DNA from: the human T2T-CHM13v2.0 reference genome, Homo sapiens
DNA: 64,000 nucleotides
Strand: one strand, 5' to 3'
Assembly: GCF_009914755.1 (NCBI RefSeq)
Contig: NC_060927.1
The notes below the pieces were generated by a model, which searched no databases, was not told the origin of the DNA, and saw nothing but the letters and a program-made list of their open reading frames with translations. Positions 30,591 to 41,600 of this stretch are shown here, piece by piece. Every line of letters begins with the position of its first letter. Positions within the stretch are counted from its first letter, which is position 1. The translations under genes and the position numbers were made by a program.

Positions 30591-31955
30591 AATATATATG
30601 TAATTATTATTAAGTGTAGATTAAATGATATTTACTGGTGCATTGAAGTAACTGTATCCAACTCACCTCTCAATATGAAACACAGTCATAAAACATTTCT
30701 ACTGTTTTATCCATATTATTATGTGACTGTTATGTTAGATTTTCTATGTCGTATGTCCATAATTTCAGGTAAGAGTCAACTATTTAAAAATATAGAACAA
30801 TTAACCATATGGAAACAACGGATGGCCACAAAGTTCCTAATAAATCCTTGTGTAACTTCTACTAGACTGTTTTCACTTTGGTCCCAATTAAGTTGGATAA
30901 TCTTACTGTTTGAGTCTTCACTTCATTTTCTGTTCTGTTTGTATTTGTTCTGAAAGCTGGCAATTTGTCTTCTCAGAAGCTGACGTTACCCTTCCTGAGA
31001 ATAACTGACAGTACTTTCTTCATTCTCGGGTTACTTTCTCTTCCAAATATACTGAGGTTTTTTCTTTCACTTGTCAGGTTCAGACTAAGAAATTAATGAA
31101 CAATTATACTAGAAGTCAGTTAAGTAAGTCTAAGAGTGGGAAAACAAAGAACTATTATCATTCTCTATCTTTCTTAAAACAAAGAAGCACACAAACAAAC
31201 ATATCAACTTAAATGCAAACTCCGTGGCGATGAGTTGGACTGGAACTAATATTTACAGGTGAGGACCAAAAAGAATATAGGAGCAACTTTCGTTTTTTGT
31301 AATTTTCTCCATTTGCATTTCTACAAATGTCAGGTGAGATTTCATATATTTTTGGTGGTGATGGTGGGTGGTAGGGGAGGAGGATACTTACACAGCTGAA
31401 AAACGCTCCCTAGCTCCAGGTACTTCACAGGATAATGCTAATATGTTATTTTGGCTGTTTTGTGAGTGTGCCTTTTAATTTTGCCATACTCCATCAAATA
31501 CTTTCAAATGCAGTCTCTCCTTTGATCTTCACAAATGAAGGTGTGAAATTGCTACACCTGGGGAACGTGTATGAATTTGTGATCTATTTAAGTATGTATA
31601 ATGCTGTATTTTGATACGAGGTTTATTTCTGTTGATTGAATTAACTGTATTCAAACTCTCTCTCAACAAGTCTCAAGTTGCCATTCACTGACAATTAGCC
31701 TGAATTAACTCTGACTCCCAGGAAAGCACATAAATGAAGTGAAGTCATTGTGTCCTCTACTTTTCAAAAATTTATTCCCATAAACAGTATAATTCTGAGT
31801 ATGATCCTGAGGTCTGCAGTCAAGTAGATCCTATCCATAAAATGACAAGGAAACATATTCATAGTGATACTAAGAGTTCAGGAGATAAAATATGTTGAGG
31901 TCTGCTCCGGTTTTCGATCCCAGAAACCCTTTTCATATAAAGTTAAGAAAAATAA

Positions 31956-32307
<352 letters not shown>

Positions 32308-32926
32308 TAATTTATTAAATTTCAGCTGGTGTGTAGATGCAAGTTGATTTTACTGAAAATGTAGGTAGGTTGACATTAGCTTAGGAAATATAATTTCGTG
32401 CAGTAACTCATATGCTTTTCTCCCAGGATTTGTGTTTCGGCAGAATACAGATTTCCAATTTCCCTTCTTTAGATCTATAATTACTTAAGGAAGGTTACAC
32501 TTCTTTTAAGCATGAGTCAGTATATATGATAAGGCCTTTACAGAATTATAGAAGTAAAAACAATAGGTGAAGTTTTGTTTAACTATGAAAGTTTTTGCTT
32601 TATAGATGTTTCTAACAGTCTATGATTTAGCTGCTAAGGGATGAGGTTCAATAGTATTAAGATATTCTCTCCACTATATACCATTAGAATTGATTTTTCC
32701 TCTTAGGAGATTTTCAAAAGCAATTCTGAACCACCCATTTCTGAATTAAAAATACTTATACATTTTTGTCAATTAGATATTCATCCACTTTTTGTCACTG
32801 TCTCCCAAAAAATACTCTATGAAAGCATTACTGAGCCCCAGGTTGGGTTGTTTCTCTAAACTATTTGAAGTTTTCTAACATAGTCCTCCTTTGTCTACTA
32901 AGACGTCAGTAGTTTAACAACTCTGG

Positions 32927-33240
32927 ATGTCTTAGTCTGTTCAAGCTACTACAAGAAAATACCATAAACTGGGTAGCTTTTTAGGAAAATAAATTTATTT
33001 CTCATAGTTCTGGAGCCTATAAGCCTGAGTTCAGAGAGCCAGCATGGCTGGGTTTTGTGAGGCCCCACCTCCTGGTTCATAGACGGCATCCTCACAAGGT
33101 GAAAGGCACTAATCCCATTTAGAAGAGCTCTGTCTCATGACCTAATCATCTTCCAAACGCTCCACCTTCAGTGACATCACCTTCAGGGATAAGATTTCAA
33201 CATGTGAATTTTGGGGGGATATAAACGTTCTGACCACAGC
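32927..33240 (-). mobile_element. MaLR solo LTR (MLT1A-like)
   Basis: tgtcttagtctgttcaagctact...accataaactgggtagc...tttatttctcatagttctggag...atttcaacatgtgaattttggggggatataaac. Confidence 0.8.
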
Positions 33241-33374
33241 TCTGGCCTTTGGAGAGACTTCAAGCAAGGGTTGTAAGAGAGGCAGGTGTTTGGATGCAAT
33301 GACAGACAGGGCCTGGAAATTGAGCTTAAATTAACACCCAAGTAGAGAAAAGGCTGTTCTTTCTCACCGATATT

Positions 33375-33672
33375 GGCAGCCCTACACATTTGTCGGTTCC
33401 TCATCTGAGGAGTTAACCAACTGCGAATTAAAAATAATTTTTAAAAACTAACAAAAATATACCAACAAGAAATATTACAAATCATGTGGTATAGCATCTA
33501 TTTGCATATCATTTACATAGTATTAGGTATTATAAGTAATCAAGAGATGATTTAATATATACAGGAAGATGTGTAGCTATATGTAAATACTATGCCATTT
33601 TATAAAATGGACTTGAGCATCCAATTCAGGGGTCTTGAGACCAGTCTCCTCTGGATACCAAGGAACGAATGT
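33375..33672. mobile_element. MER2-like TcMar-Tigger element
   Basis: catttacatagtattaggtattataagtaatcaagagatgattta...aaatactatgccattttata...ggacttgagcatcc...ggataccaagg. Confidence 0.75.
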
Positions 33673-33820
33673 GCCTCTTTCTGAGAGCCAGGCCGTTTCC
33701 TAGTAATGCAACTATAAAGGCAAGCATCACATTTTTTGTGTGTGATTATCTAACATTTAAGTCTGAACCAAGATTTTGGAATAAACGTTACAGTATCTAT
33801 ATATGGAAATGAAATGTAAC

Positions 33821-34096
33821 TATTTTTTCCATAACATGAGGTATATTTGATATAAACCATTTTATATAAATCTGCCTGCCTCATTTTCTTTCTTCTTGCT
33901 TTCTTTGCTTATTCAAATTGAACAAGTACATTATACATATATATGTGTGTGTGTGCATATAAACATACATATATTTTTTTCTTAACATGAGGTATATTTG
34001 ATATAAACCATTTTATATAAATCCACCTACCTCATTTTCCTTCTTGCTTTCTTTACTTATTCATATTGAATGAGTATATTATACATATATGTGTGT
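33821..34096. repeat. Imperfect local tandem duplication of a unit of about 150 bp
   Basis: taacatgaggtatatttgatataaaccattttatataaatc...cttcttgctttcttt(g/a)cttattca(a/t)attgaa occurs near 33832 and again near 33983. Confidence 0.9.
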
Positions 34097-34105
34097 ATCC
34101 ATGTT

Positions 34106-34295
34106 TATATATACATATGTATACACATATGCATATATATGTATACACATATGCATATATATATGTATACACATATGCATATATATGTATACACATATGC
34201 ATATATATGTATACACATATGCATATATATATATGTATACACATATGCATATATATATATGTATACACATATGCATATATATATATGTATATATG
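34106..34295. repeat. RY minisatellite, unit ATGTATACACATATGCATATAT(AT)n
   Basis: Seven copies of gtatacacatatgcatatat with variable (AT) spacers. Confidence 0.9.
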
Positions 34296-34301
34296 ATGTG
34301 A

Positions 34302-34424
34302 TATTAGAGATGTGATCCCACTCACTGTGTTGCCTAGGCTGGTCTGGAACTCCTGGCCCTATGTGACCCCCCCCTACCTTGGCCTCACGAAGTGCTAGGA
34401 TTACAAGTATGAGCCATCAGGGCC
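34302..34424 (-). mobile_element. Alu monomer (FLAM/left arm), antisense
   Basis: cactgtgttgcctaggctggtctggaactcctggcc...aagtgctaggattacaagtatgagccatc. Confidence 0.8.
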
Positions 34425-35189
34425 AGAGAATACTTTCTCTTAAATCAATGTTTAAACATCTTTGTTGGGTTTCCTAATCGTTAAGAGTAAAACGGGTTAA
34501 AGAGCACCTCTGGTGCTGGGCTGCATATGAGGAGTCTGAGTCGCCTCAGGTGGCAGTGAACCTTCCACCCTGGTGATGTAGGGTAGGGGCCTTCAGACAG
34601 GGCATACTGCAGGAGTGAGGAGGGGCCGCAAGTTGCTTCTAGGTGAGTCTGAATGAAAGATGGACTTAGAAAACTGGAAAGAAGTATAAAAGCAAAACCC
34701 TGAGGTTGTGCTTGGCCAGATTTCGAGCACAAATAATGTATTAGCTTAATTGGGGAGTAGATGTAGGGTAGTAGAGGGAGATAATTTAAATAGCGAGGTA
34801 GAAATTAGTAATGACTAAACGAATTGATGAGCTTTCATGTTATCCTAGAACCCAAGGGAGCACTGTTTGATGTGGGCTTGTTATTTGGAAGTGAGGTGTA
34901 AAAGGAGACATGATAAACACAGTGTGGGGTAGATGGGAGCCCAAGAGTGTGGAGGGAGGAAATCTACTGTATGTTCAGGTATAGTAGGATGAGGATTAAG
35001 TTGATTAATTAAGTTCAGAATAGGAAAAGAGGAGATAAAATGTTGAAAAAAAAGGTTGATAGAAATTTAAAAAACGCATCTGTAGTTCAAGTGAAGATTT
35101 AAATTTAGTTTGCTAGAGTTTTGTACAGTACCTTCTACTGGTCGGTACTCACCTAGGTGTTAGGATACAGATACTTAGAACAAGCTTTG

Positions 35190-35345
35190 TTTGATGGGTA
35201 TAGAGTTTCAGCTGGCAAGATGAAAAAGTTCTAGAGATCTGTTACACAACAGTGTGAATATACTTAACACTACTGAACTGTACACTTAAAAATGGCTAAG
35301 ATGGTATATTTTATGTTGTGCATTTTTTTTGCCACAATTAAAACA
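35190..35345 (+). mobile_element. L1M 3' terminal fragment, sense
   Basis: gggtatagagtttcag...aaagttctagagatctg...actgaactgtacacttaaaaatggctaagatggt...ccacaattaaaa. Confidence 0.8.
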
Positions 35346-36439
35346 TGAAAATATTAACAAAACAAATAAACCACCACCACAACAAAAACCAAGGCATGGC
35401 TCTTGCCATCAAAGAACATTCAATAGGATGGTCTAGAATGTGGTATATGTGAGAGTGAGGGAGGAGGAGTTGCTCTGGTGTGAAATACAGAGGAGAAGGA
35501 GGCTGACTCTGCAAGAGAATGTGGAACAGGTGAAATGATTTTGCTAGGGAGAAAATAATTAATAATAATCTCTGGGGCTTGCTAAGGGCCAGGCTTATTT
35601 CTGTGTTTCACACTTATGGCTGATTCAGTTCTCAAAACAAATCTAAAATTTGGGTACTATTATTTTCTCTCTATTGTATTTGAGGTACACAGAAAGGAGA
35701 GCTGGGATTTGAACGCTGGCAGCCTAGCTCTCAAGCCTGCTTTCTTAATTACTATGCTAAGCATCCTCACTGATTTACTTGAACAAGCAAACAAAATCAT
35801 TTGACACTTAAAAGAGTCATTAGCATTGCCTTAGGTATTTTACCCAGAAACAGTTATTCAATTGTATAAATACAATGATGACCCCTGGAATAGGTGAAGT
35901 CCAAGAGTAGCATTTTGGCGCAAACAATTCTGTGATTCCTGGGATATGACGGAAAGAAACAACAGAAAGAGTAATCTTTTCTATTTTTTTATTTAGTTAC
36001 ATATTGACATTTGAGAGCTCATTAGTTTATTCCAGTAATTTGATTTTCTCTGTACAGTTCCTAGTTGTCAAATATTAGCATCAAGAAAATCCATCACTTT
36101 CAGTTCTCATTGACATGTTTGCAGGCCAAAGCAGCTTGGAGATTAAGAATCCAATTTATAAGACAAGTCATCTATCATTGAATATCCAAAGATAACTTGA
36201 CTAAGTTTTATAGAAAAAGAAATATGATAATAGCAATGATATCTTACTACTTTAGGATACTTTCTGGAGTTTTTTGAGTCATTAACATATTTATATGCAT
36301 TATTTCATTGCTATATGTATTTGTGGACATTTGCTGACTTAGATAGTTTCAAAGTTCAATACATAGTATCATTAACATTGGTCTATTTGACTTTCAAATT
36401 ACTCTTTTTATTTTTTTATATTTAAAAATGAATCAAAGG

Positions 36440-37205
36440 AGGAAGCATAGCCTTTTCAACCAATGATGCTGAATTAAATATCCACAGGCAAAAATATAAA
36501 TGAACAGAACCTTGACTTAAACCTTACAAATTATGCAAAAATTAATCTGAAATGGATCATACAGTTAAATGTAAGGCATAAGACTATATATATATAAATA
36601 TATAAATGTAAATATAAGTATATATGTATATACATATATATATATATAGAGAGAGAGAGAGAGGCAAGTTCTCACTCTGTCACTCAGGCTGGAGTGCAGT
36701 GGCGTGATCACAGCACACTGCAGCCTTGACTTCCCAGACTCAAGTGATCCTTCCACCTCAGTCTTCCCAGTAGCTTGTGCTACAGGCATGTGTCACCAAG
36801 CCCAGCCAATTTTTGTACTTTTTGTCGAGATGGGGTTTCACTCTCTTGCCCAGACTGGTCTCAAACTTTTGAGCTCAAGCTATCCAACTGCCTTGGTCTC
36901 CCAAAGTGCTGGAACTACAGGTGTGAACCATTGGGCCTGACTTAAAACTATAAAATGTTTAAAAAATAACGAAGGAGAAAATCCTTTGTGTCTAGAATTT
37001 GGTGAAGAATAAAGCATTAACCAAAAGACAAAATTAATAAATTTGACTTTATTAAAATTAAAACTTTAATTCTTTTAAAGATCTTGTTTATGGAAAAAAA
37101 AGACAAGCTACATACAGGGAGAACATACTTGCAAACCACATATCTGAAAAAAGCATATCTAGAATTTATAAAGATATATCAAAATTCAACATTAAATAAA
37201 ACTAA
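36440..37205 (+). mobile_element. Old L1M ORF2-region fragment interrupted by an Alu
   Basis: ccttttcaaccaatgatgctg...aaaattaatctgaaatggatcatac...[Alu]...attaaaattaaaacttt...ttgcaaaccacatatctga. Confidence 0.7.
36655..36940 (-). mobile_element. AluJ-like, antisense, with (TA)n(GA)n tail
   Basis: gtgatcacagcacactgcagccttgacttccc (J-type); TSD-like taagactata / taaaactata. Confidence 0.9.
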
Positions 37206-37878
37206 TAATCTGACATCCTTTTTATTTTAAAATAAGTATACACAGGAAGTATGTCTACTACTAGAGATACTAGTAGTATCTCTCTTAGATCCTGTGAATC
37301 TATACTTAGTACAAAATAAAATATTAAAATTAGTTGTCGAGCTATCTTAAGTAGACATTAATAATATACATAAAAATGAATTTGGAACTGAATCGTTCTT
37401 TGGAAAGCATTTGAATGTTTGTTTTTCTTAAATATTGATGAATTCATATTTTGAGTGTCCATGATCTGTTAAAAATCTTATTCAAATTCATGTATTTACT
37501 GTTTTAAATTTATACATTTAACTTGTGATACATTCTGTGTACAGTTTCATGAATTTATCTTCATATCTTTGATTTTTGTTACATCGCGGTTTTTTAGTTT
37601 AAGGATAGATTTTATTTCATTTTCTTTTTTAGGGGAAGGGAAAGAAAAGAGAGGAATGTTTGTTCATGGGAGTTTGGCAAGAATGCCCAAAACATGACTT
37701 AATGAGTAGAGTGCATTATGGAGCTGGCAAGAAGTCCCTACTTTAAACGAGGTTAATAAAGAGATGCAATGCGTCTTGATCCTTTGCTGCTAAAATTATG
37801 CATGGATTATTGTGAATATTTCTAAGTACCTGTTTAAATTCACCATTACAACTGAAATGTCACTATCGGAGAAAGATC

Positions 37879-38166
37879 AGCTGGGCGCGGTGGCTCACGC
37901 CTGTAGTCTCAGCACTTTGGGAGGCCGAGGTGGGCGGGTCGCTTGAGCCCAGGCGTTCAAGACCAGCCTGGGCAGCACGGTCAAACCCCATCTCTACAAA
38001 AAAATACAATAGTTAGCCGGGTGTAGCGGTGCTCACCTGTAGTCCCAGCTAGTCGGGAAGAGCCCAGGAGGCGGAGGTTGCAGTGAGCCGAGATCGCGCC
38101 GCCGTCGCATTCCAGCCTGGGTGACAGAGCGAGACTCGTCTCAAAAAAAAAAAAAAAAAAAAAAAA
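37879..38166 (+). mobile_element. Alu, sense, CpG-rich, with an internal deletion in the right arm
   Basis: gctgggcgcggtggctcacgcc...long A tail; TSD ggagaaagatc at 37868 and 38167. Confidence 0.93.
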
Positions 38167-38183
38167 GGAGAAAGATCAAGGAG

Positions 38184-38492
38184 TTTTGGGGGGTGGAGGG
38201 GGGGACGCAGGGGCCGGAGTCTCGCCTTGTCGCCCAGGCTGGAGTGAGGTGGCGCGATCTTGGCTCACTGTAGCCTCCACCTCCCGGATTCAAGCGATTC
38301 ACCTGCCTCAGCCTCATGAGTAGCTGGGATTACAGGCACCCGCCACCACGCCTGGGTAATTTTTGTATTTTTAGTGGAGACGGGGTTTCACCAGGTTAGC
38401 CAGGCTGGTTTCCAACTCCTGATGTGGGCTGATGCGCCCGCCTCGGCCTCCCAAAGTGCTGGGATTACAGGCGTGAGCCACCGCGCCCTGCC
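38184..38492 (-). mobile_element. Alu, antisense, tail-to-tail with the previous Alu; tail region is G-rich on the + strand
   Basis: cggagtctcgccttgtcgcccagg...gtgagccaccgcgccctgcc; TSD gagaaagatcaagga at 38168 and 38493. Confidence 0.93.
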
Positions 38493-38494
38493 GA

Positions 38495-38690
38495 GAAAGA
38501 TCAAGGATTTAAGACTATGTCCCAAGAAGGAAAAGCTAAAGGAATAGGAATTATTGTTCCAGGAGCATTAAAGACATCAGTAGATCCTATCGTTCCTACC
38601 CGGCACCTCAAGAACTATTCTCCCAAAGAGAGAATACATTTATTCTATTTAACCTTAAGAAAGAAAAGGATCAGTGGATAAAAGTTTCAG
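38495..38690 (+). mobile_element. Possible L3/CR1 remnant
   Basis: aagaaggaaaagctaaaggaataggaattatt...ttattctatt...ggatcagtggataaaagtttcag resembles the CR1/L3 3' region. Confidence 0.35.
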
Positions 38691-41600
38691 CTTTTCCTCG
38701 GTGTGCCATACGGTGATTATGCTATATGTGTTCTTTCCTGGGATCTTAAGGAACTGTGGGCCAACCAAAACAACATAACCTAATAAACCTAAATAATAAA
38801 TAAACCTAAAAAGTTGCATAAAATATGTTTTGATATGGCTTTGCCTTACGTTTTTCCTCAGAGGAAAACTGAATCTCCAGGATAATGAAACAAGGTAACA
38901 AGACAGTTCTGATGCCCTTTCAGTTGCAGAATAATTCTCAGCACTTTCCTATACACAAGGAATTCAATAAAGTAGAAATAATTTTCTTAAACTTAGCATT
39001 ATCACTGTTTTGAAAAGTCCTTGAAAAAATCCCGTTTGTGCATACGTCTTGCACGTCTTATTTCAAAATCCATTGAGATTGTAAGCAATTAAATCAATTG
39101 CATTTTGTAGACCAACCCCTCATTTGTAACATGTAATTCCCCAGGACCCATGTGTCCAGATTCAAGAGCAGCTTGATAGAAAGACTGATTTATTTTTATT
39201 TTCTTCCTGGGTCTGCTTTGAATATTCTTAAAAGAAGGAGGAAAATGCTGTGTTTAATATTCATACAGGATTTTGTATTAAAAGCAGCTTCTCTCAAAAG
39301 CCTGTTGTTAAGAAGGACTACCTATAAAGGGGTCAACTTGTGAAATCCTTCCTAAGTACTTATTTGGTTCTTGGGGATTGATGGATAAGCTGATGGAGTC
39401 TAATCTTCAAATGTGTATGTCATTAATAGAGATGTAAGAATCTCAATGTGCTTTGTCTTTTCCTTTCCTGACACATTATAAGGAAAAGCTTTACTAATGA
39501 AGTACCCAATGGCAATAACCCATTATATGCTAGAATCTCTCTTTGTATCAGATGACATGCAAATGAACTGTTCTATTTCTGTGGAGAAAGAGAGACAAGG
39601 AGCGGTCTAGTTAATCATACTTGAGGACTGCATGGTTGTCTTCTGGGAAATATTATCATGATTCATTCTTATTTAAGGGTCCTCACCCTATGCATAAGAA
39701 AATCTCCCATTCATTCCATTTGGGTTTGATGTTAATTATAGGGGCATTAACGGAAGCTTTCTCATAAGAAATGAATATAGGATTAAATCAGAAAATAATA
39801 AGGCAACCTTTAGATGAATCAGGTCATGATAGAGCTATACATGTAGAAGCTGGCAGGTTGGAGGAAGTTTAGAGATCCTCAGTCCCTTTGTTGTTTAGAT
39901 ATGGAAACTGAGTCCTGGAGGAGTGAAGTGACTTAACTGAAGTCCCAGCTGATGAGAGGCAGGCATGAGATGACAAACGAAGTAGCCTCTTTCATCGGGC
40001 AGCAATGTAGAGAAAGATAATTCTGGGAGTTTAAGAGACCACGTTCTGACCATTTTCTACTATTAACTACTCCTGTGATTTGGGGCAAACCTTTTACCTT
40101 CTCTGGATCTGTTTTCTTAAATTTGAGGTGAGACTAGACTAAGCATTTGCCCTCTGGAAAAGGGGAAATCTAAGCAAGCTCCTATAGGAGATTAGTGTGT
40201 GATTATTATTCCAGCTTAGTTCATTGGAAAAAAGATATTTCTAAGGTATCATGTATATTTTGTTTTCAAAATTGAAGACACCAGCCTTGGATATCAAATA
40301 AATTTAGTAGCACTTTTAAGCTAACCTTTTCCCTAAGCCATGAAAAGACTTTTTTCTTATTCCAGAAAATATTTTATTTTATTTTTATAGCATTTCTTTA
40401 TGTGTCTTATAGTTGGCAAGTAATTGATAATATTGCTGGTAAAATGAGGCATTTCCTTAATCTTACATGTCTTGAGAAATTAGCTGTTCATGTATCCATG
40501 TCTACACAGTCCTCGTTCACCTTGTGACCATGTAATTAAGTCATTTTTCTTTTCCAATCAGCCATTCAGGTCTAAGGCAAATGGTTTTTTGAAAGATTAT
40601 GCACACCTTGTACCAGTATTTCTGGTCCCTTTAGGTTTAAAGTGTACAAGTAGAGATTCCTAGTATATCAACTAAATTATTTTCTTCCTTTAAAAGAGAA
40701 AATAATTTTTTTAAAAAAGCAAAGAAGTAATTTTTTTACTCATATATTTGACTTACACCTTGTATATAAAATGTTTTGTTAGGTGAAATGTATTTTATCT
40801 ATTTACCAAAACATTTTCACCCAAATAGCATAATTTTACAAGTAGCAGTCATATATTAAACCAACATCACATTTGTCCTCTCTTTGAACCCACATTATCT
40901 GAACTACTGTAAAGATCTTTTTCCTGTGAGTGTTTTTATTTTATTCATTTTTTTAAAAATGTTATTTATTTTGTGTTATATTATCTTCCTGGTTATATGT
41001 AACATCTTTCCATCTTAGATATGTTGGAAACTCCAGAAAAGTTTTAAAAAATTACCAACAGAAATAAACACCACTTCTTCCATTGTGTTTTAATTTCATT
41101 TCTGTCAACTGTATGACTTGAATAGACAATCTGTGGAATGAATTTAGTTTTAGTACTTTAATAAAATAAAATATAAAAATACTACACATGTAAGTAAAGT
41201 AATTTAGAGAAATTTCAGAACTAGTTTTTCTATTTTTCAAAGAATATTTAGAAAGCTTAAATAATAGCTTGCACATGTACTCAGAAAATAGGAGTCATCT
41301 AAATTGCAAACTTGTTTAATAAGTTCTTCCATATATGAGCGCTATGTCATCTTCAAAGTTTTCATATAATTGGCATAGTGCTAAATATTTTATAACACCT
41401 CTGTAAAATAAGTTAAAATATTTTTCTGCCACAAAACATTGTTTTTTTAGCTTTCTAACTCTTGTGATATCTTTGTGAATATTAGCCCTTTCTCTACTTT
41501 ATAAACCAAGTAACAAATACAATAAGCCTCACATTTTACATAGTAAAAATAAGCGGAATCATCATTACTCCGTGAACTAACCGAACTTTTATAGTCCCTT

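Noticed and set aside
34053-34325. Y/I/H/M/C-rich ORFs here and at 13559-13868; possible CRISPR-like repeat array
   Set aside because: Translations of RY microsatellites. The repeats have no unique spacers and the DNA is primate.
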